A stretch of DNA of 64,000 bases from assembly GCA_013239625.1 (NCBI GenBank), contig MU053379.1, positions 5,394,714 to 5,458,713 on the forward strand, in the 5' to 3' direction. A program made the translations under genes and the position numbers. The notes under the pieces were generated by a model. That model searched no databases, was not told the origin of the DNA, and was given only the letters and a program-made list of their open reading frames with translations. Of the stretch, positions 41,264 through 52,631 are shown piece after piece; the first letter of the stretch is position 1, and each line of letters starts with the position of its first letter. This DNA is from Lama guanicoe. Lineage: Eukaryota.

Positions 41264-42189
41264 CTGGTTAAACACACAACATAAAAGAATTTCTGTTAGA
41301 CAGCTTGAGTTTTCAGTTTTGACATATTATTACTCATTTATTTAGTCACTGTCACTCAGCGAGTTAATTCTTTTAAGGCCACCTTATTCTGAATTAGGGG
41401 CTGGGGATTCGATATTGAAGGATAAAAATTAACTTCAGAGCCTGTCTTCAAGGAGTTCATGTTCAATCCATAAAAAGCCCTCACATAGGATAAACATCTT
41501 TTTCTCTTCTAATCTGTGCCATAATAGGTCTGTAAGATGATGCTACATTGCTCCCATTGATTAAAATCTAGAGGGTTTTTTTTGGGGGGGAGGTGTCTGG
41601 CAACATTTCCATTAGTTACTTGCAAATGAAATGAGTTTACTATAATCTGAATCTAAAAGTTAATGTTTTAAAACATGTATTTCAAAATTTGAGATACAGG
41701 ATGTTAAGAAATATTATTTAAAAAATGGAAGTAAGGCAAAAACACAGGTGGCATATCCTTTCAATGTTATATGAGGATGATGTTTAAGGGCCTCCCAAGG
41801 ATTAATTATGTAAAAAAATTGTACTTTGTAAAACTCATTGTTTACCATTGATTAAAAGGCCTAGATTCAGTGAAATTATTGTGTTAACTTATAGATTTTC
41901 ATCCAGTAGGGCTATGAATAATTTCTGTCTGATAGGAAAGATAATACCAAAGATTATAATTCATTGCCCTGTCAGATATTAACCAGGCTTTTAAAACCTA
42001 ATACAGCATTCTTACTTTGACATTCATTCAAAATGTGTATAGAAACCCAGATCCTCAAAATGCTCTCTGAACTACCTTTGTTCCCTTCCTGGCTGCTTCA
42101 TTAATAAGTAAATTGAATAAAGTCCTTATCATGGTTTCATTTCAAATTTTAATGAGTCACATTTAATTTTTTGAAAATTCTACTTTGAT

Positions 42190-42288
42190 AAAGGGGAAAA
42201 ACAATCTCTCTCTCTCTCTTTTTTTTTAAAGGACAGCAGTGGCCTTGTGACTGGTACTGAGGTAATGGACTTAAGTGATGGGCCTCCC
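42190..42288 (-). pseudogene. Possible decayed second-half PDZ exon
   Basis: ttatttccag| acceptor. Reads GRPIT*VHYLSTSHKATAVL*KK, loosely like the PDZ alpha-B helix (LSHxxAVxxL). Two stops, no clear donor. Confidence 0.3.
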
Positions 42289-42557
42289 CTGGAAATAACA
42301 CTGAAAAGTTAAAGACTTCACTGTTAAGTAAAACCCACCAAGGATGACACCCAAGCTTCTGTCTCCCAAATATATGATTGAGAATATTTTAAATGGCGCA
42401 ATCTGAATTAGAGATAGCTAAAATGAACTTCCGTCAGGATGCTCCCTGATAAACGGAGACTCTATTTAAATACCAGTGTTGAAATGTGCTACCCACCGCA
42501 TTCTCCCAAATAAACATGTGAATGGCACCCAAGCAGCTTATTTTCTTTATATAAATG

Positions 42558-42582
42558 TGCGCGCGCACACACACACACACAC
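42558..42582. repeat. (GC)n(AC)n microsatellite
   Basis: Direct reading. Confidence 0.9.
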
Positions 42583-42640
42583 GTTAGTAAGATCTCTCTA
42601 GCACACAGGTGAGCAGACTGAAATCCGTATTAATCCATAC

Positions 42641-42761
42641 CAACAGTCACTAATTTCAAATCTTCCGTGAAAGTCAGCAGAGCTCCCAGAGCAAACAGCT
42701 TTGATCAGAAACACATGTCCATTTCTGGTGTGTCCGTTAGTGCAGTGAGTTTGAGATAACC
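42641..42761 (-). pseudogene. Decayed PDZ-domain exon (candidate relic of the ancestral FRMPD2-PTPN20 gene)
   Basis: acttctgtag| acceptor, TTG|gtatgg donor. Reads VFLIKAVCSGSSADFHGRFEISD with exact PDZ spacing (IxxVxPGSPAxxDGRLxxGD); the deviating residues are single-base changes. Confidence 0.65.
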
Positions 42762-44579
42762 CTACAGAAGTACAAGAACCAAAGTGGATGAATTTCTCCT
42801 CTATTACATTTGAACCAATTAACATTTAATTTAATTTTTGAGTCACAGCTACTGTGGTAAATCTGTAGTACTGTAAGACTGTACAATTCACCATTGACAA
42901 GTGTGTACTGACACCCAGGCAGTCTGTGAGGTCTACAGAAGTAAATTACATAATAGAAAAAGAATCTTCACTTTTTTACAAAGCAATAAAAAACTTTTCA
43001 GGAAATAGCTGAAAGCTTCTACTGTATTACCCACTTCCCCCTATGTTTTGGCTAAGCAAGCCCAAATCAGTGCTTACTTTCTGGTTTTTCTTGGACACAT
43101 CTCCCCAGGTTAGACCACAAGCATTTGAGGACAGGAACTGTAACTTTTTCATTTTTGAATCTTCAGTAACATTCTAGACACTCAAGAAGTGGTTGATGGG
43201 CTAATTAGTTAATTCTGTGAAAAATGTGTCTGCATCACCAGTCTGCATGGCCATCTCAAGAACTCAGAAGTCAGAGCCCTAAATTAAAGATGTCTCTACA
43301 GCTCCTGGAGGAGGTGCTGTGTGTACAAAACCAGGGAACTAAGCTTGAGAAGGGGGACGTCTAAAACAAGTACCACTTGTTTTTGGATACAGCTCTGAGG
43401 ATAGAGGAAAAAAGGTCCAACGTGGCACAAAGTGGTCTCATGTGATCATAAGAGGACAAAAACACAAGTATTTTGTTTGACCAGGCAACAAAAGCAGAAC
43501 ATTCTTCTTCAGGAGTTAAAAGTGACATAGAAGGGCCAATGAATACCATATACACTCTCAATTCTCAGTTGGAATGCTATTTTCAATTTATCCTAAACTC
43601 TCTCAAAACTAAAGCAGATGCTAGCAAAGGCCATTTCTTCACACTGACTTTATGTGAGATGCAAGATGCACTGTGCCCCAGTAATTCTGACCTCCAGGGC
43701 TGAGGCTACTTCCAATTCAATTCTTTTGAAAGTTCTATCTCCCCCTACTCTCAGAGACCTATACTGGCCCGGAGAGAAGGGAATGAAACCCCCAAATGCT
43801 CAGTATTGAATAATCTCGCTGCAATTCCTGAAGGCACCTCAGGGATAAGAGCTCCTTCCTGTGAGATTTATGTTTCCTGTGTGACCACACTGCCAGCATA
43901 AGCTTCTTGGACTATTATTAATTATTTAACATGTTTTATAACTTCTAGCGATTGTTTTTAGTTTAGTCTTTTTTTTTTAAGAAGCGATGTTGTTGCTTTT
44001 TCTGATTATAAAGATAAGCAATATTTATACAGAAAGTAAAGTTACCATTAGGAAACTTCATTCTTGTTCAGTAGTTTAACATTCATTGCCTGTAATGTGT
44101 GTGTGGGGCATGGGGGATGAAGCTGGGAGGAATGACGTGCTGAAGGGCCACCTCAAGAGCCACTGGCAATCCCGGACAGTGCAATCAGGCAAGAGTAAGA
44201 AATAAAGGTATGCAGACTGGGAAGGAAGCAATGAAATTGTCTTTATTCATGAGATTAAGATATTTACACACAATTATACCTCAAGAAAGCTATTTTTAAA
44301 AATCCATAAAAAGATAAATAATCTACTTCCATAAAAGAAAAATAAAAGATAATTATTTGATAACTTAAAAAATCAAGTCATTAATGAAAGTTTAAACATT
44401 AAAAAATAGTTGTTACCCATCAACCATAGAAATGAGAGAGAACTGTCACGCTTCATGGGTCCTTACCATCCTATCTGTGTGAAAGCACTGTGTTCTGTGT
44501 TCTTCCTGAGCCACTGAAGTTATAAACGTTCCACCTTTCTACTACCACTACTTCATCTGTTCACATTCTCCCTGTCCTC

Positions 44580-47500
44580 CACTGTCAGTGGGGCACTGCC
44601 ATGCTGCACCACCAGGTTCTCATGGGGAAGAGTAGAGGAAAATACTCTTGCGTTTCTGACAAAGGGAGGGGAAAAGTAACCATCTTGAAATGCACCTAGA
44701 GCACTCGCCACAATGGAGGCCTGCCCTCCAAGGAAAGGTATGTGACTAGAGCCTTATCGGACCTGGAGGAAGGAGACTTGGTCCACTCTAGCCCCCTCTA
44801 GCCATCCTGTCTCATGTATCGGGGCAAAGAGAATAAGAAACACTTCTAAATGTCATATCCCAAGGACTCAAGCCCAATAAAAAAACCCTGAAATTTAATC
44901 ATTAGGTTATACAGTACTTCTCATCCTCAAAACCCTACCGTATCAATTGGGCTTCAGTATGTTAGCAGTGAACTCTAAGTGAAAAAGTTGCAAGTCACAA
45001 ACTCTGTTTGAGAAGGAGTTTATAGGGAAACCCAAAGACAATAAAAGAGGGGGAAAAAACAAGGAAACTACAATAAACTTCAGCCTCTGGCACCTACAGC
45101 TATAGGAAACATAAAGAGAACTAGATTAATTAACATACATACTCACCCTGAAAGCCTAAGTGTCTTAGTTCCTATTACCCAACGCGCCATGTCTGGATTT
45201 CAGCAAAAATTACAAAGCACTCTGAAAGAAAAAACAACATCTGAAGAGACAAAGCAAGCATGAGAACCAGACTCAACAGGGCATACATATTGGAATTGCC
45301 ATACAGAGATTTCAAATGACTGAGAGCTCTAATGGAAAATGTTAGCCGATGTGCAAGAACAGATAGGAGATGTATACAAAGAGATGGAAACTAAGAAAGA
45401 ACCAAAACAAAATGCTAGGAACCCAAACACTGTAACATAAATGAAGAACGCCTCTGACGGGCTCATCAGTAGACTGGACATAGTGAGGGAAGAAGCAGTG
45501 AGCCTGACGCTACAACAGAAGACTACAGAGTGGGCTGTTTTCAGTGTTAAAAGGAAAGCCCACCAACTTAGAATTCTGTATCCAGTAAGGTTATCCTTCC
45601 AAAGTGAAAAAGGAACAAATACTTTCTCAGACAAACAAAAACTGAGAAGATTTGTCACTAGTAGATCTGCCTTTCAGGAGATGGGTAAAAGAAGGTGATT
45701 TCTTTTTTAGCACAAAGTGCTAGAGGTCAGAAACTGAAACTTACACAAATGAAGGGCAACACAAAAGAAATAAATGAAGGTGAAACAAAGTCTTTTATTT
45801 TTCTTATTCTTAATTGATCTAATAAGTAACATTTCAAAGTAATAAAAACAACAACGTATTGGGTGACTCCAGCACATGGATAAATGAAAATGACAGCAGT
45901 ATTGTCAAGAACAGCAGGAGAAAGTTGGGACTACTCTGTTACAAGGTAACTGCAGTACCTGTGAAACAGCACAGTGTTATTGGACAATAGATTATATTGA
46001 CTGTAAATGTGTACTTCAAACACTGGGGCAATCACTAAAAACAGTATTTTTTAATTAAAAGGAGATAAAATGATTTAACTGATCACAAAATGAATATTTA
46101 AAATCAGAAAGAGCAGAAAAATGGGAGAAGATAAAGAAACAGTAAGTGCAACAAGTATACAACAAACACAGTAGACATTAGCCCAACTGTGCTAACATCA
46201 CTTTAAATGTGAATGGTCTAAATACATGCATGAAAAAGACCCAACTACAAGTTGTCTGTAAGAATCTCACTTTAAATATGAAGATAAAGACAGACCAAAA
46301 CTAAAGGGAAGGAAAAAGATATAGCATGCTAACACTAATCAAAAGAAAGCTAGACTGGCTATATTAATTGCGGGCAAAGCGAACGTCAGAACAAGGACAG
46401 TTACCAAGGACAGAAAGTGGCTCACTACATGATAAGCAGTCCATTCTCCAAGAGGACATTAACAATCCTTAACATGCATACACCTAACAACGGAGTCTCA
46501 AAGTGTGTGAGGCAAGAGTGGCAGAACTACAAAAAGAAACGAGCAAGTCTACTGCTACAGCTGTAGACTTCAGCACCCTCCATCATACTGACAGATTCCG
46601 CAGGCAGATCAGTAAGGACCTAGTTGAAATGATCAACACCAGCAATCAACTGTGTCCAATTGACATTTATAGAATATTTCATTTAACAACAGCAGAAGAC
46701 ATGCTGTTCTCAAGGTTACATGGAACATTCACAACAGGTCTCATTTGGGGCCATAAAAAACACACTTTAACAAATTTAAAAGAGTAGAAATCATACAAAA
46801 TATGCTCTCAGACCACAGTGAAATTAAACTAGAAACAAATAACAGAAAGACAGCTGAAGATTAAACAACATGTGTTTAACACAAAGGCCAAAGAAGTCTC
46901 AAGGGAAATCAAAAAATATTTTGAACTAAATGCAAATGAAAATACAACTTATAAAATTTTGAGAGACGCAGCAAAAGCAGTGCTTAGAAAGAAATTTATA
47001 GCACTGAACGTATATACTAGAAAAAAAAAAGGACATAAAATCAACAACTAAACTTCCACCTTTGGAAATTAAAGAAAGCAAGTAAAGAAAAGACATAATA
47101 AAATTACAGCAGAAATAAATGAAAACAATAACAGAAAATCAGTAGAGAAAATCAATGAACCAAAAGCAGGTTCTTTGTAAAGATAAATAAAATTGATAAC
47201 CTGATAGCCAGGATAACCAAGAAAAAAAGTGAGTAAATTACTGACTACTGATACTAGATATCACTAATATCAGACATGAAAGAGGGGCCATCACTATTGA
47301 TTCCACAGGCATTAAAAGAATAATAAAGGAATATTATGTTGCCTCCAAATCTGGTAACTTAAAGAGACCAACTCCTTACAAAACAGAAACTACCAATACT
47401 CATGAAAGGAAAAGTAAGTCTCCTGAACAGGCCCATGTCTATTAAAGAGACTGAATTAATGACTAACACTCTTCCAATATTCCAGACCCAGAAGATTTAA

Positions 47501-49664
47501 CTAGTGAATTTTACCAAATATTTAAGGCAAAAACTGTACAAATCCTCTCAAATCTCTTCCAGAAAATAAGGCCATAGGGAACACCTCCTAACTCATCTAT
47601 GGAGCCAGCATTGCCCTAACACCAAAACCAGATAAAACATTAGAAGAAAGAAAAGCCACAGGCCAACACCATTCATGAATACAGATACATAAATCCTCAA
47701 TGAAAGTATTAGCAAACTGAACCCAACAAAGTATAAAAAGAATTATACACCACGACCAGTGGAACTTATGCCAGCTATGCAATTTTTGGTTCAACAATCA
47801 AAAATCAACTCATGTAATGCAACAAAACAAGCTAAAGAAGAAAAATCATACCATCATATTAACATATGCAGAAAAAAATCTGACAAAATCCGTATTTCAT
47901 TCATTATAAGAACTCTCAGAAAACTAGGACTCAAGGAGGGGAACTTCTTCAACTTGATACAGAACATCCACTAAAAACTTTACAGGTGATTCACTGAACG
48001 GGGAGGAACTAGATGCTTTCCTCCAAGATGGGAAACAAGGCAAGGATGTGCTCTCTTACCACTCCTATTCGAGTTCATGTCAGAAGTCCTAGCTAATGCA
48101 ACAAGACAAGAGGAGGAAAGAAAAGACACACAGACTTGGAAGGAAGGAATAAAACTGCTTTCTTCCCAGATAACATGACTGTCTATGAAGAAAATCCCAA
48201 AGAGGCAACAATAACAACAAAGAACTCCTAGAACTAATAAGCAATTATAGCAAGGTTGTAAGACATGGAGTCAATACACAGATGTAAGTTCCTGTCCTGT
48301 ATATCAGCAATGAACTGGAATCGTAAATAAATAACATTACATTAGTGCCCCTCCAAAATAAAATACATATGTAAAAATCTAACAAAATATGTACAAGATT
48401 TATATGAGGAACTCTACAAAATAGATGAAAGAAATCAAAAATCTAAATACACAGAGAGATATTCCATGTTCATGGACAGAAAGAATCAATATTGCTAAGC
48501 TCTTGATTATTCCCAATGTGATTTATAGTCAATGCAATCTCAATCAAAATCCCAGCAAATTATTCTGTGGTTATCAACAAACTCACTCTAAAGTGTATAT
48601 GGAAAGGCAAAGGATCCAGAATGGCCAACAAAATGCTGAAGAAGGATAAAGCCGGAACACCAACACTAAAAATTTCAAGACTTACAATAAAGCTACAGTA
48701 ATCAAGACAGCATGGTACTGGTAAAAGAACAGACAAATAGATAAATGAAACAAAACAGAGAGCCTGACATAGACCCACGCAAACAGAGTCAACTGATCTT
48801 TGACAAAGGATCAAAAGCAACTAAATGGAGAAAAAATATTCTTTTTGACAAACAGTATTAAAACAACTGGACACCCATATGCAAAAAAAAAAAGATCTAA
48901 ACATAGACCTTACACTTTCACAAAAATTAAGTCCAAATGGATCATAAGCCTAGATGCAAAACAAAAAACTATAAATAACTCTAGGAGATAACCATATTGG
49001 TGCCCAATGGCTACCAGAACAAAAGTACCACAAACTGGGTGGCTTAAAAGAACTCTTAAAGCTCAACAATATGAAAACAACTCAAAACCAAGAGCTAAAC
49101 TGACATCTCATCAAAGAATATGTACAGATGGCAAATAAGTATATAGAAAGATGCTCAACATCATGTGTCATTAGAGAACTGCAAGTTAAAACAACAATAA
49201 GATGTTACTACGTAACAATCAGAATGGCTGAAACTCAAAGAAGTGACAATATCAAATGCCAGTAAGGATGTGGATTCAGTGCTGGGAACACAAATGGTAC
49301 AGTCACTCTAGAAAACTGTTTTAGCAGATCCTTACAAAGCTAAGCAGTATTGTGATATGATCCAGCAATTTCACTCCTAGAGAGCCACCCCACTGATCTG
49401 AAACTTACGTCCACACAAAAAATATGCACCCAAATGTTTATATTGGTTTATTCATGGTCACCAAACACTGGAAGCAATTAGGATGTACTTCAGTAGTTGA
49501 ATGGATAAACTGTGGAATATCCATACAATGGACTATTATTCAGTGATAAAAAGAAATAAGCTATCTAGCCAGAAATACAAATGGAGGAACTTTAAGTGAA
49601 TGTTGCTAAGGGAAAAAAGCCAATCTGAAAAGACTATATACTGTATGATTCCAACTCTATGACA
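44580..49664 (+). mobile_element. Old near-full-length L1 (L1M/L1MB-like), rearranged near its 3' end
   Basis: ORF1 C-terminus (LRILYPVRLSFQSE), ORF2 endonuclease-RT relics 46200-48990, 3' region 49050-49664. Confidence 0.85.
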
Positions 49665-49859
49665 AGTTCTTTATCAGGTAGATGTTTTGCAAGCATTTTC
49701 TCCCAGTGTATGACTTGTCTTTATTTTCTTAACAGGAGTTTTCACAAAAGTGTTTAATTTTAATAAAGTTCAATTTATACATTTTTTTTCTTTCTTTTGA
49801 TGTTGTAACTAAAAACTCATTGCCAAAACCAAGGCCACCTAGATTTTCTCCTGTGTGAT

Positions 49860-51744
49860 TGTTATGGGTAAACTGTGTCCTCTAAAGAGATATTTTGAAG
49901 TCCTAAGCCCCAGTACCTGTGAATGTGAACTTATAGAGTATTTGCAGGTATAATAAAGTGAAGATGAGTTCCTAACCCAATGACTGGTATCCTTATAAGG
50001 CAAGGGAAATGTGGACATAGACACAGAGGAAGAAATCCATGTGATAAGAGAAGAAAAAATTGGAGTCATATGTCCATAAGCCAAGGAACACCAAGGATTA
50101 CTGGCAACCACTAAAAATGAGAAAGGCACAAGGAAGGACTCTTCCACAGAGACTTCAGAAACAGTACGGGCTTGCTGACACCTTAATTTTAGAATTTTGC
50201 CTCTAGAAATGTGAAAGAAAACATTTCTCTTTCTTTTAAGCCATCTAGTTTGTAGTACTTTGTTATGGCAAAGCTAGGAAACTGATACGCATTTTGATAC
50301 CAGAAAAGTGTGGTGCTGTTACAATAATTACCAAAAAAAAAATGTGAAATGGGTTTGGAATTAAGTAATGGTAGAAGCTGGAAGAGTTTTGAAGCACATG
50401 ATAGAAAAAGCTTAGATTGCCTTAAAAAGACTGTTGGTAGAAATACAAATGTTAAAGGCAATTTGGTGAGGGATCAGCAACAAAAAAGGGGAACTGTAAA
50501 AAATGCATCCACAGTCTTAGAGAATACATACATCATCAAGAACAAAATGTTGCTAGAAGTATGAACGTTAAAGGTTCTTCTGGTGAGGGCTTAAAAGGAA
50601 ATGATGAACATATTTTTGGACACTGGAATAAAAGAGGTCCTTGTTACAAAGTGGCAGAAACTTGGCTGAATTATGTTTTGCTACTGGGTGGAAAGTAAAA
50701 CATGTAAGTAATGGCTTGGTTATTCAGCTGCAGAGTTTCCTGAACAAAATGTGGAAGATGTGACCATGGTTCCTCCTTGTTGCTTACAGTAAAATGCAAG
50801 ATAAAAGAGATAAATTGAGGAAGAAATTATTAAGCAAAAAGGAGCCAACACTCGACAATCTGTAAAATTCCCAACCTATCCAAGATATCATGCTCTGGAA
50901 ACAGGACTAACGGTGTGGCTGGACAAACTTTCACCAAAGAGATGAGGTGTATGTCTCATGGATCCAGCCAGCCCTCCCAGCAGAAACACTGCTAGCCTGG
51001 AAAGAAGAGGGCAGAGCTAGAATGAAACAAAGGGGGGCTGTCAGGCTTTCTGTACTCTACAAGCAGAAAACAAGCTGCCCAGCGTGTACCTGCTGCTGCA
51101 GGCCAAGGTCAGTTAGGCTGACTTCACTGAGGGCAGCTCAGAAGTCAACAGGGCCTCCATGGGCCCAGAGGGCAGGTCTAGCCAAAGGATCATGCTCAGG
51201 CCTTGAAACCTTGTGAAACTGGCCCTGCTGTGTGGACTCACTTGGGACCTGGGACTTTTTTTTCCCCTTCTATTTTCTTCCTTTTGGAATAAGAATGTCT
51301 ATCTTATGCCTATAAGACCGTTGTTTTCTAGGTTTCAACACAAACAAATGGAGATGAGTCTTGCCCCAGTATAGACCATACCCAGAGTCTCACAAATACC
51401 TGATCTAGATGATTTACAAGATAAGATTTGGGACGTTTTGAGTTGAGAAGTTTTGTTGAGATATCAGACTTAGAGTTGATGCTGGAAGGGGTCAAGCCTC
51501 TTGAGGATGTTGAGATAGAGTGAATGTATTCTGCACTTGGTAAGGATGTGAGTTTTGGGGGGTGAAAAGCAGACTGCTTTGATTTGAATTGTGTCAACCA
51601 ATTAAACTGTACTGCCAAGGACTGCAAGCAACCACCAAAAGAGAGGAAGAGGCTAAAAAGATGTTCCCCTAAACCCTCCGAGAAAGCACGGCCCTGCCGA
51701 CACATTGAGTTCATGCTTCCAGCTTCCTGAGCTGAGAGAACATG
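49860..51744 (+). mobile_element. MaLR provirus relic: MLT1C-like LTR (49860-50289), internal region, partial second LTR (51575-51744)
   Basis: tgttatggg...aactgatacg LTR, internal start attttgataccag, purine tract before the second LTR. The last ~57 bp of LTR2 lie inverted at 48993-49049. Confidence 0.85.
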
Positions 51745-52108
51745 TACCTCAGGAAGCTAAGAGCACAGGCCACAAAAGCAAAACTGCTAACTGGGCTCAC
51801 AAACATTAAAAACACCTGCTCTTCAAAAGACAGCACTGAGAAAACAACACAAAAGTAAGACATGATGGGGAAAACACTTATCTGAAAAGTTATTTATATC
51901 TCAAACATATAAAGACCTTAACAACTGAAAGAAAAAAAGGAAAATCAACCCAATGTTTTCAAATGTGCAGAAAATTTCAACAGACACTTTGCCAAAGAAA
52001 TATGGATGGCAAATAAACATATGAATAGATGCTCAACACTAGTCAACAAAAAACATGCAAAATAAATAAATAAGATTCCACTACATACCTACTGGAAAGG
52101 CTAAAATG

Positions 52109-52146
<38 letters not shown>

Positions 52147-52205
52147 CAATACAAAGTAGCTCTGGCAATGATATGGAGCAACTGGAACACTCATCATTGC
52201 TGTTA
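51745..52205 (+). mobile_element. Old L1 3' fragment containing (AC)17 at 52111-52144
   Basis: aacagacactttgccaaagaa...gatgctcaacac motif. Confidence 0.7.
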
Positions 52206-52631
52206 GGGTCACTTTACTCATTACCCTGTTTTACTTTTCTTTTCTTTTTTTTTAGAAAGCTCAAAATTAGAGTTTATTAATGTTTTAAAAGTTTACAATA
52301 TTCTTTTTATTTTTTAAAATTTTTTATTGATTTATAATCATTTTACAATGTTGTGTCAAATTCCAGTGTAGAGCACAGTTTTTCAGTTATACATGAACAC
52401 ATATATATTCATTGTCACTTTTTTTTCTCTGTGAGCTACCATAAGATCTTGTGTATATTTCCTTGTGCTGTACAGTATTATCTTGTTTATCTATTCTACA
52501 ATTTTGAAATCCCGTCTATCCCTTCCCACCCTCCGCCCCCTTGGCAACCACAAGTTTGTATTTTATGTCTATGAGTCTATTTCTGTGTAGTATTTAGTAG
52601 TATTTATGCTTTGTCTTTTTGTTTTTTTTTT

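Noticed and set aside
43374..43394. Micro-exon (ELYPKTSG) as a PDZ first strand
   Set aside because: The donor (gtactt) is weak and the segment is too short to tell from chance.
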